Positions 48,101-58,810 of a stretch of 64,000 nucleotides of DNA are shown piece after piece (position 1 is the first letter of the stretch; every line of letters begins with the position of its first letter). A program made the translations under genes and the position numbers. Source of the DNA: Macrostomum lignano (lineage: Eukaryota); assembly GCA_002269645.1 (NCBI GenBank), contig NIVC01001182.1, forward strand, positions 279,337 through 343,336, written 5' to 3'. The notes under the pieces are model-generated. The model did no database searches. It had not been told where the DNA came from and saw nothing but the letters and a program-made list of their open reading frames with translations.

Positions 48101-49017
48101 AATTAGCTGTCTGAAGCACAAAAAATTAATTTCTTTGAAACATTAAATTCATTCTCATATGTTCTGCAATTCATTAAAGATATATATGTAGCAACTTAAA
48201 CATTCAGTTGATACTTTCCACCTTTGGATGCATATAGCTACTAACAAGAAAAAAGACAAAAGAAAAAACTTAATTGCCATTGATGCTGGCAATGTAATAT
48301 TAAATATGGTACAGAAAGATGGAATCTCTACAGAGTGCTGCCACACGAATTTGTGAAGTGTTTAACAGATTAGTCATGGCAGTACCATAACAGACATACT
48401 ATATTTTATATTACTCTTCGATTGACAATTACGCTTTAGATATGTTTTAGATGATGATTTTCCATTGGGACTGACTCTATATACCGAGGCCAGACACAGT
48501 TAAGTGCGGCTGACAGCACTGAAGCGGCGGTTAACAGAGAATGCGATGAGCTGTGGCCTGTGGAGACAGCCAGCTGATGTACGAGCATCAGTAAAAGGGA
48601 AAGACATCCAATAGTGTCTTGCTATTGGTTTGTTACATGTACAGCGAACATCTACTTTTATTCTAATGTGATCGATTTAATTCTACTGACCCAATTGGCT
48701 AAAGCACTGTAAACTGCACACCTCTCGGACGGATATGTAATGCCATTTGCTGCACTTTTACCTGTTTCTCTGCCAGAACACCAGCATCATTGTATGTGCC
48801 ACAATGCTAATGAAATATTTTAAAATATATGTTATTGTTCTTCTTCTGGTCTCTCACTTCTATGGCTCTTGTTCTACTTCAAATATCAATGTGAGAGCCA
48901 AATAACTGAGGCGGCGGATTCAACTGACTTTTCCTGATGATGCAAACACTTGATGGTAACTTACAGACCGTTGTATTTGATGGTCACAATCTCGAGATGT
49001 TTTCTCACAAAATATAA

Positions 49018-49463
49018 TGTCTAAGGTGGAATTCCAAATAAGAAGCTCGTTCGATTTAAGTCACAAGGTGTTTCTAGTTGTTCGGGTGAACCGAAGGTTC
49101 AGTCTATTGTGAAACGTGGATTGGGTGTTGGTTTGGCTTTAGTAAGTCGACTTATAAGTTTTGGTGTTTGGGTTGAGACCCTAACTGTGTCAATCAAAAT
49201 AGTCAAACGAGGTAAGCTAGGAGAATGGCGAAGGAGAGGCAAGGGCGCGGAGAGGCGGAGCGAGCAGAAAAAGGGGCGAGCTTCTTGCTTGGTTAACATG
49301 AGCTTTTATAGTACTTTTCAGTCTTGATCGCATTGGATGGTACATAACTGCTTTTCATTGGTTGAGGTTGGGGTCGTGTCCTCAGCTTTTGCTATTTGGA
49401 GCGCATTCATTGGTTAAAATACATTCAATCTGGATGGGAGCTTTCTAGAGCCAAAATGTATCA
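49018..49463 (-). promoter_or_regulatory. Putative 3' LTR (U3 with three CCAAT boxes and a TATA box)
   Basis: The minus strand begins TGATAC at 49463, directly after a purine-rich tract. CCAAT at 49409-49413, 49357-49361 and 49332-49336; TATAAAA at 49304-49310. The CA end is ambiguous (candidates near 49018, 49068, 49079, 49107). No second LTR copy in the window. Confidence 0.55.
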
Positions 49464-49481
49464 CTTCATTCGCTCCATTTT
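49464..49481 (-). other. Putative polypurine tract
   Basis: Minus strand AAAATGGAGCGAATGAAG abuts the TG of the putative LTR. Confidence 0.45.
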
Positions 49482-50926
49482 TCGGGGAAGCGAGGCCCTC
49501 CGAGCGCATAAAAACAGAAAAAGAATAGTAGGGGGTTAAAATTGATAAAATTGCAGAAAAAGATAACGCATTGTAGTGAACGAGAAAAGTTGTCGCAGAA
49601 AAAATAGTGCGCAGTGAATAATGTTAGCAAAAATGTTTGAGTAAAAGGGAACCAATTTAAGCAAGGTAACATAGGTTAAAGTACAACATCAGTTTAAATA
49701 GCGAAAGAAGGGATAGCGCAGAGGGCCTTTAGTTAGGCTAAGCTAAACTAGCTAAGCAAGGATGGAATAAAACGCAGCGAGGGTAACCAAAAAATCGATA
49801 AAATGGGTGTACAGAGCAAAATGGAGGTTTAGCGACGCAAGCTTAAAGTGAAAACGCGGTGAGTTAAAAGGAGGGTAATAAAAATCATTGTACATCGAAA
49901 GTTGGGGGGGGGGTTAGCGAGGAACCGCTCAGCTAATAAATCATGTACAAAGTAGAGGTTAAAATTTTAACTGGGGAAACGAAAAAGATAAAAATTCTAG
50001 GAAAAATTGTACAGTCCAAAGGGGGTATATAACACAAGGCTTTAAAATGGAGCAAGGCGAGTTAAGCGATTTTTTGACTGACGGTTAATAATCAAGTAAA
50101 TTCGATTCATCATGAGCACAAGGAAGAACTTGCGGTTTTTGCTAGGCGACTTAGCAAAGCGGTCCCAAGATGATTGGGACCTTGGCGACAGGCGGTGGGC
50201 GATCACGCTCGTCCTTCTCGCTGTGCTGGGAGTGCTGGTGCTGCTGCTGCTGCTGTGCCAATGTTGCCGTTGCTGTCGTTGTTGTCGGCGCAACTGCTGC
50301 AGGTCGGGCGCGCCTGGAGCGTCGACTGCGGTAGCAGATGTGGAGGCGCCGCCAGCGGAGTCGGTGGTGTAAGAGCCGAGCTGCTTTGCTGGTTCGTCCG
50401 GCCTTCTGAACGCAACAACGGCCCTTTTTAGGGCCACCACTTGATGTGATGCCGAAGTTGTCAGATAAGCAGACTGTGCAGTCATGAAGGAACAAACGTT
50501 GTTGAGCCGTATGCTTTAGTGCTAGTTGGTTGACTTAGGTGAAAGCAGCGCCAGGGACAGAGCGATTTGCAGAGACCAGGCATAGTGTAGGGCGATGGCT
50601 GCGTAGATCAAGGTTGTGGCTTGAATCCGGTTGAAGCAGCGCCAGAGACAGCAATTGGCAGTGACCAGGCACAGAGCAGCAGTCGTGTAGGTCAGGGTTG
50701 GGCAGGGTTGAGCAGGGTTGAGCAGGGTTGAGCAGGGTTGAGCAGGCTAGCGCGTGATGACTTTTGAAAAAGCAGTTGACAGAATAACAGAGAAAAATAG
50801 CGTAAGCTTTACACAAGTGAGCGCAAAAGAGCGGAGGAGTAATAGGCAGAAGAACGGAAAATATTTTTTGAGTATTTTTGAACAATTTTTGTAGTGTTTC
50901 AGCGCCAATATTGAAGAAAAAGCGGA

Positions 50927-51883
50927 TTAAAATAGTGAGCGATGATGGTGAATCAAGTCATAAAAAAGAGCGTATGCCAGTCGAGCAAAATTAATATTAG
51001 GATCAGAAGGCGGAGAATGCTGAATACGCTTGATGAAGAAGGTATGAAGAGTGGCGTACTCTGGCAAGGTGTTAGGATAGCCAACAAGAGCATTTCGTAT
51101 ACGGTGAATATCGTATAAATATCGACGAAGGGGAGGACAAGAGAAAGGAAAAATAGTATGGGCAACTACCGAGCGAGAATAAAAATCGATAATTATAAAA
51201 GCAAAGTTTCTTGAACGCGTGGAGAGAATGAAAACAGCGTGGGTGAAGAAAAAATTGTGCGGATACAAACGATTGAGTGTGCGTATCATAGCTTTCTTAG
51301 TAGCACGAGGAGAAAATGGAGGAAAAATTTGATAAACATAAGGGGCGAGAGAATCGAAAGAGGTTAAATAATTTTGTAGCGTAAAAGTTAACTGTTGCGC
51401 CGAAAGATTAGCAGCATCATGGCGGAATTGTTGCCATGGGTAGCGCAGAGAGGAAAGCAACAAAGGCCAAGTGTCTTGGTTAAAGCGTAGGCATGATTGA
51501 GGGAGAGTAGAAGCAGAGAGTTGAAAGAAATCGTCGATAGACATATTAGGAGAAAAAAGAAAATGTAGGATTGGTACGAAGCTGCGGTTGAGAACGTCAG
51601 TCATAGTGGGAGAAAAGTTCTGTATACGTGGTCGTGAGTGAGTACGACGCAGCACACCAAATAGACTAATTCGCAGAACGCGGAGCATCTTAGGATAAAA
51701 GCGATGGCAGCGGATAACATAAAAACGAGAGAAGAAAGCGGAGGCCATGCGTAGCCGTTGGGGTTCACCAATAGTTTCAGAATAAAATATTGCTTCAGTG
51801 AACCAAGCAACAACGGTTGCGAGGCAAATAAGATCATGATTTAACTGTGGTCGGATATCCACTGGTTGCGGAAATGGATCCAT
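50927..51883 (-). CDS. Accessory ORF of the retroelement, 318 aa, unknown function
   Basis: Uninterrupted ORF from ATG 51883 (MDPFPQPVDIR), between integrase and the 3' LTR; non-repetitive; no recognised motif. Confidence 0.6.
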   Translation of the reverse strand: MDPFPQPVDIRPQLNHDLICLATVVAWFTEAIFYSETIGEPQRLRMASAFFSRFYVIRCHRFYPKMLRVLRISLFGVLRRTHSRPRIQNFSPTMTDVLNRSFVPILHFLFSPNMSIDDFFQLSASTLPQSCLRFNQDTWPLLLSSLRYPWQQFRHDAANLSAQQLTFTLQNYLTSFDSLAPYVYQIFPPFSPRATKKAMIRTLNRLYPHNFFFTHAVFILSTRSRNFAFIIIDFYSRSVVAHTIFPFSCPPLRRYLYDIHRIRNALVGYPNTLPEYATLHTFFIKRIQHSPPSDPNINFARLAYALFYDLIHHHRSLF

Positions 51884-52187
51884 AAGAGAAAGGAAAAAGG
51901 AGAAAAGCAATAGATACACAAAATATTGTTTTAGCGTATGAGCTCTGCAATGTGAAGAGGGAAAAGAGAGAAATTTTGTAGCTTTTGTTGATAAAACGGA
52001 AAATAAAAGTTCATTGTGTCAGTTCGTCAATACTCGTAGTCACGTAAAGAGTCGCAATGCAGGGAGAGAGCAAAAGCTAGAAAAGAAGGAAAGAAAAAAG
52101 GAAGAGAAAGAAAGGAAGAGAAAGCAATATTGTCAGTCAAGGAAAAGAAAGAAGAAAAGAAATTTAGAAGGTTTTTTTTTTGATCAT

Positions 52188-55100
52188 TCACGACTTCTTG
52201 TTCTTCGATCGTAGGTTGTAGCCGTGCGTCTGTGGCTGACCTGGTGGCTCATCAGTGGACGTGGTTTGCAGCGCGATGGACTTGCTCAATGGCGGCCGAT
52301 GGTTGTGGTGGACCTGAATGTCATCAGTTGTGAACTCAGGTAGGTGACTAGGTCCAGCGCTGAGTCCATCTCCAGGCCATGGTTTGAGCTTGGAGGCATG
52401 TACCACGATTGGTCGTTCGCTTGGCCGGTTGACATCGGAAATCAGTGCGTTCTGATCGGAGAGCCATGCTAGTAGACGCATTGGGCCACGATAAGGATTG
52501 GAGAATTTTGTCTCCTTCGTTGCTGAGACATCCAAATAGCATCGTGCACCCGGGCGTATGTAGCGGCTGTTGGTCTTCTTATCAGAGTTTTCAGCGCGCT
52601 GTTCAGCTGAGTTGTGCAGAAGTTCCTTGGCGACTTCTCTGGCAAGCAAAATAGCTGAACAGGTCAAATTGACTGGTTTAATAACGTCCATGTATGCAGT
52701 TGTCTGGTGTTCCATGATCCGTGCGTTGGGTGGCAGGAAATCTCGAGCGAAGAACAAGTAGAATGGTGATTCATTCATCGTTGAGTGTGCGGCGGTATTG
52801 ATTGCTAGTGTCACCGCGGGTAGGAAGTCAATCCAGAGATCTGGTTTGTCATGGACAAAGGCCGTAAGGGTTTGCTTCAGTGTCTTGTGTGCGCGTTCGA
52901 CGAAGTTGCTGGATGGTTGGTACACCGAGGTGTAGATTAGATGGATTCCAAGGGCACCCATAAACTCTCGAAATTCTTGCGAGATGAATTGGGGTCCGTT
53001 ATCTGAGATGATGTGTGCTGGTAGTCCTGCGAAGGCGAACACACGGTTGAAGAGACTGTTGCAGATGGTTGCAGAAGTTGTCTCAGTTAGCGGGATTGTG
53101 AACAGGAATTTGCTAACGCCGCATTGGGCTGTGAGTATGTACTTGTAGACGTCGCGGCCGTGTGAAGCTGGTGGCAGTGGACCTACAAGGTCGATAGCCA
53201 AATGAGAGAAAACCTCGTTGAATTTGACGGCTTTGTGCAGCGGTCGCAGTCGAGGTGCTGTTTTCGCTTTGTGGCAGATTTCGCAGTTGTTAATGAAATT
53301 GAAGACGTCTTGCCGTAGTGTAGGCCAGTAGTAGAAATGACTGATTTTGTCTGCTGTCTTTTGGTGACCTAGATGACCACCAAGGGCTGTCGAGTGGTTA
53401 CTGTCAAAAGAGCTTCACGGTAGCGTGTTGGTATCACGAGGCGGCTTCGTCCTTCGTCATCTTCAAAGTATAGAGTGTTTCCGTCCAGGAAATAACGTGC
53501 CAGGTGTCGGCGAACATATTGTTGGTCTTTCTTGGACAGCTCGTGAGTGGGTGATTTTTCCGATAGAAGTGCTTTGATTGTTGACAGTAATGGGTCTTGA
53601 TCAATGGCATCCTGCAGTCCGTTGAATGTTGACAGCGATTGTATCTGACAGACTTTGGGGATGCGTGAAAGGCAGTCCGCTACTACGTTTGATTTGCCTT
53701 TCACATAGTTGAGAGTGAAGTTGTAATCTTGTAGCGCTAGAATCCACTTCTGAAGTCGTTTTGAGATAGGTTGCTTGTCACTGAATAGACTCTTGAGTGG
53801 CTGGTGATCAGTGAAGACGTGGAATTGTTGGTAAGAGGCGTAGAGGAACACGTGTAGCTTCTTTATTGCCCAATAGATGGCGTATGCTTCGCGTTCAATC
53901 GGTGGATAGCGTTGTTCGGTTGGACTTAACGTCTTAGAAATGTAGGCAACCGGGCGTTGGTGGTTGCTGTCGTCTAGCTGTGAGAGTACTGCTCCAATGG
54001 CGGTATCCGAAGCATCAGTGTGCAGAAAGTACGGTTTTCGCGGATTTGGATGAACCAGTAGTATATCCGTAGAGAGAAGTTGTTTCAGCTTTTCAAAGGC
54101 TGCTTGGGCGGCGTTTGTCCAGACGAATTTGTTAGGCTTCGAAGTATTTTTGATGATACTCAGAAGTGGTTGTACTACTCGTGAGTAGCCAGCAATGTGC
54201 GTTCGGTAGAAATTTGCAAGTCCAAGGAAAGATTGTAGTTGTTTAACCGTTTGAGGCACAGGGAAGGTCTTGATTTTCTCGATGAGGCTGGGTGCGGGTC
54301 TAATGCCTTGAGCAGAAACCACAAATCCAAGATATTGTACCTCTGTTTTGGCAAAGATGCATTTTCGTAGTGAAATTCGCAATCCATGATGTCGTAACTT
54401 TTGGAAGAAGCGTTCGATTTCTTTGAGCATGCCGGTGAAGTCTTCGGCGATGAGCATGACGTCATCCAAGTAGGCAATCTGATTTGGAGAGTCAGCTGTT
54501 AACAATGCTACAAGACGGCACATTAAGCTAGGACTGGACTTGAGTCCTTGAGGTAGTCGATTGAATTCCCAAAGTAGGCCGTTGGGTGCAATGAACGCAG
54601 TGTATTTTGTGCTTTCTGGATCGATCCGAACTTGGTAGAAAGCATCTGCTAGGTCACAGAGTGTGTACAGTTTAGCGTTTTTCAATCGATGTAGCAAATC
54701 CGGAATCTTAGGAGGTCGGATGCTAGGAGCACGAATTAGCTTGTTCAGTTTTCGGTAATCCGTCACGAGTCTTAGTTGTCGGCGACCTTGAGCGTCGAGC
54801 GTCTTCTTTTCCACGAGAAGACATGGACTTGAGTATTCCGATTCACTCGGACTGATGATTCCTTTTTGACGGAAGTTTTCGATGAGCTCATCAAACCGTT
54901 CTTGTAGTCCATGAGCGATTGGATAGGGTCTGGACGTGACTGGCTCAGAGTGTGGGTGTAGATGCAGGTGAGCCGTGTATTGGGTAGAGCAACCCATGTC
55001 GGTTGGCAGTAGTGCCAAGACGTCACGGTACTTGTTCATTAGAGTAACTAATTGTTCACTCTGCTCGGTTGAGAGGTGCTGGTTGGCTTGTTTGAGTTGA

Positions 55101-56245
55101 GTACGGATCATGTCAGTCGTAGGTGCTTCTTGTTGCAGCGTGCGGAGACTGTTGATTTGAGCTGCTGGGCGCACGATGTTGTAGTCAGACATGTTAGCCA
55201 GATTTCCAATGACTTGTTGAGGATGCAAGGTTTGCGTTGTCAGCGACGGGTTGGCAATTTCCACAGTGATAGTTTGTCCGTCCGGCTTGACAGAAACAAG
55301 GCAAGTTGGTATCATCAACTGGTGTTTCTGGATCGTGTGGTCCTTAGGGACGAACAGGACAGGAATCGTTGGCTCATGTCGAGAAGAGAGTTTCAGCGTG
55401 ACTTGGTGCGTTGTCTGTGGTGGTAACTCTAGCTTGTTTTGCATCACCGCAGAGGTTTCTTGCAACTGTTGGATGGAGTTGAGCATCGCAAATTGCTCAT
55501 TGCCAAGCTTAGCTGTCGCTTTCGAGTAGTCGAATTGTAGTGGTATTCCCAGTGACTTAAAGGTTTCTACTCCTAAGAGCAAATCATAGTCAGCGTCGGG
55601 GGTGTCGAGCACAAAGGCCGATATCTTGTGGTTGCGTCCATCGATTTCGAGATCAAAAGTAGCCTTTTTGTTGAGGTTTAGTTGTTGTCCTCCTGCACAA
55701 ATGGCGTTCATGTTGGTGTCTTGTAATGGTACTCGAAGCTTTTTGGCGAATGCCGGTGAGATGCAGGAGATCGAGGCGCCGCTGTCAATGAGGGCGGTGC
55801 ATCTGTGTCGAGTATGCGGTGCGTTGCGGCACCACAGGTTGATCATAGTTGCTGTTGTTAGATGCTTCAAAACAAAGGCGTATGAGTAGTTTGCTGGCCA
55901 TTTTGGAACTTTAGGTTCTGGCGGTGGTCTCCGTGGTGGCGGAAGGGTGGCACGAAGTTCAATCGTTTCGATGGGTGCCGAGGGTGTTGGCGCTTGTCTC
56001 GGTGGTATCAGTTGCTGTTGTTGGGAGTAGTCGTTTCGTGATTCCACTCGAGTTGGAGTTCGTTGTTGCCGCAGCACTTGTATAGTGTGCGTTCTGCCGT
56101 ACGGATGGTGCTGGCGACGCAGAGTCGGCCAAGATTGCACACGAAGATAATAACGGCAATGTAGACGATTACAGCTGCTGTTAAGACGAACTTTTCTTGA
56201 TAGTTTGCGACTAGTCGATCCCAGTTGAATATCGACGAAGACCAT
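52188..56245 (-). CDS. pol: Pol: aspartic protease, reverse transcriptase, RNase H, integrase (one 1-nt frameshift near 53400)
   Basis: ALIDSGAS (PR); RLVTDYRKLN, DLADAFYQV, LPQGLKSSP, AYLDDVML (RT); LHTDASDTAIGAVL, EREAYAI, TDHQPL, VADCLSR (RH). After the shift: HSTALGGHLGHQKT...YYWP...CEIC (HHCC), AIDLVGP, ISDNGPQF, VERAHKTLK (DDE), PYRGP, terminal GYNLRS. Confidence 0.93.
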
Positions 56246-58810
56246 AGATTGAGAGAGCTAGTTTTGAGTCCAGGAATGCACTGTCAGCATGTGCTGTTCT
56301 ATGTCGTGTTCGATTCGGAAGTTTGAAAACCGTAATCAGAAAATCACGAGTTTGCATGAACTGGTGCATTAGGTCGGTCACCGTTATCGGACTACGAAGT
56401 GAAGTATAATTGATATCTCCCATAGGTTTGAAGATGCTTTCGGAGACTGAAGTTTGCAAATCGGACAACCGATAGTTTTCATCGGATCTGACATTAGCGG
56501 TTGTGGGTTCAAATCTCGAAAAATTTAGTGTGGTCTTGAATAGCATCGATTGTTTAGGCAGGTAGTAGTATGGGAAGGCGTCGCATGAGATTAGAGCTGG
56601 AGTAGCTGTGGAGACAATACGAGTCGTTGTGTCCAAAAATCCAAGAACAGTATAATTTTGTAGGCGGAATTCCAGTGGGGGGCGCGTGAAGCATTGGTTC
56701 GTCTTGTACTTTGGTTGGACAAAGCGGAACTGATGTAGGGGTTTGCACTGGTAGACGAAGAGGTATCCAGCAATGGATCTAGCTCGCAGAAAGGATCATT
56801 TAATAAGAGTCGAGCAGCGAGCGTTGGTTGTGTGTAGTATAACTGTCGTTGTACTTGAGATTAGTTGCATACATCATGCATTGAGTAGTTGCAAGCTGTT
56901 TCTGTACTTGGAGAAGGTCTTTTCGAGCTTTACTAGCAGCTCCTTGTAGTTGTCCAGCAAGAAGTTCAGCGGATGCGAACGTTGATGAAAGTTGCGCAGT
57001 AGAGTTGCCTGAAGGGGCTGCGATGGTTTTGTCGTCTGTGCTTCGCTTGTTGCGTGGTAGTAGTAGGAGATCCGGTTGACTGCCTTGTGGTTCGTGATGT
57101 GGAACTGCTAGATTCGTGTGAATAGAAGCCAGTTGTGGATTGGTTGTTGTCGCTGGTGAGTTCGTGGTGAGGGTTGAGGTTGCAGACTTTGCTGGTGCAC
57201 TGGTTGTGCTGCTAGAGGTTGAGGTTGTTGGCGGTAAGGTGGTGGTACGAGGTTGTGTCGTCACTTTTGTAGTCGTCGTAGTTGAATCTGCTGTCGTTGT
57301 TGCTGCTGAGGTTGTAGCAGTGGTGGTTGTTGAAGTTGTCGGTGTTACGGTTGTGGTAGGTATTGTTGTCGTTGTAGTCGGTGGCATTGTCGTCGTAGCT
57401 GGTGGTGTTGTCGTTGTAGTCGGTGGTGTTGTCGTTGTAGTCGGTGGTGTTGTCGTTGTAGTCGGTGGTGTTGTCGTTGTAGTCGGTGGTGTTGTCGTTG
57501 TCAAAATTGTAGTTGTTGGTGTTGATTTTGTAGTAGTTAGTATCGTAGTTGTTGGCGTCATTGTTGTAGAAGTGCTTGACGTCGGTGGATGATCAGGTCG
57601 CTCTTGTCGTAAAGGTTGCGGCGGTAGGAATTGTCGTGACTGAGTTGTCGTAGTGAAAGGATGTTGAGTCGTCGATTGCTGAACGGGTAATATTGTTGGT
57701 GGCGTTGGTAGTATCGCTGGTGGTGAACGACGTTTTTGTCTCGAAGAAGTGGTTTCTTCGCTAGTTTGAGGTTTTGGAGTAGCTTCTTCTAATGGGCTTC
57801 GTAAGGTGGCGAGAAATTCTGCTTCTTTGTTGTCGAGGATGTCTACGTATAGACCTTGCGTTGAAAGGTACAACGTCTTACGGACGCCAGTGCAGGTGAG
57901 AGTGTGAGTCGACGGCACTGGGTTGAAGGTTAGTCCCAATGTTTGATCATTAGTTAAGAACAAGCCGGAGTTTAAGTTGCCTTCAAGAGTACGAAATGGT
58001 TTTAAAGGACAATCAGCGAGTGGTGGAGGTGTCCAAATAAGATTTAGATGTCTTGGTCCTTTCACGTCAATTTGGTAGATTGCTTCAGTTTCCAAAGGAT
58101 CCCAGGGGGATGTTAGTATCGGCAAAGGTAGGTTGAAAGCTCGCATTTCTTGTGCAGTTGTTTTAATTGTACAAAATTTGTCGGCGAGTTTGCAGTTGTC
58201 CATTGGGAAGGACAAAGATTCCATTTTTTGATCTGCTGTTGAGTAGGCTGGGATTCCGGTGATCACTGTTGTTACTATTTGTTCTGAATGTGAACCAGGA
58301 GTGCAACGCACAGCATTTTGCGTGTTGAATGTCGATTGCAGGCGTTGGATAGACTGAGTTGACGCAGTCTTTAACACTAATGATCCATCAGGCGATAGCT
58401 TTGTTCGTGCCCAGTTTTCACAATCAGCTTGAGTGACTGGTTGCGGTTCCAACTCTACCAGGGCGGATGTCCAGGTTCTTATCACCGCCTTATCACATCT
58501 GATAGTGATTTTCTCGCGGAAACAGACAGTCATAACCAGAGAACTGGTTTCCACGTTCGTTGTGTAAAGTTCCAGTTTCAACGGGAGTGTCGGCGTCGTT
58601 TGGTGTTTGAGCTGTTCACAACGGATCTCATGTGGTATCGTGAAAATTCGTGGGATCTGGTTGTACGGACAGACCATTGGTGTGTCAATGAAGCCCTCGT
58701 GAGATTGTCTCTCAATCGATGGTGGAGTTGACGTCGTTATCGGCGTAGCGTTGGCTAGTGCGAAGAGTGAAGTTGCTAGGCACAGGAGAAAAAGTGTCAG
58801 TAGTGATCGG
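56137..58810 (-). CDS. env: Env-like class III fusion glycoprotein (herpes gB / chuvirus-G-like), in frame with Gag; broken by single-base deletions
   Basis: Signal-like SLLTLFLLCLATSLFALANA (about 58747-58806), Cys-rich ectodomain, RQKRR and RNKR sites. Across two 1-nt gaps (about 56826 and 56790) the sequence reads NPTLAARLLLNDP-LRARSIAGYLFVYQCKPL...QCFTRPPLEF, resembling the gB motifs NPT...AR..GDV..V..C and CYSRP. TM segment FVLTAAVIVYIAVIIFVC at 56137-56190 lies in a third frame. Confidence 0.75.

Noticed and set aside
48155-48280. Signal-peptide-like ORF with CxxC (MAIKFFLLSFFLLVAICIQ...ECLSCY) as a Ly6/three-finger exon
   Set aside because: Only about 40 codons in AT-rich DNA, and no further Cys-patterned exon could be linked.
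52188-56826. Treating the five frameshifts as proof that the element is a dead pseudogene
   Set aside because: All are single-base losses, mostly in short homopolymers, with no in-frame nonsense codons in about 8.4 kb. This fits long-read consensus error, although real decay is not excluded without reads.
57140-57592. Plus-strand Val-rich 150-aa ORF
   Set aside because: Antisense shadow of the Thr-rich mucin segment.
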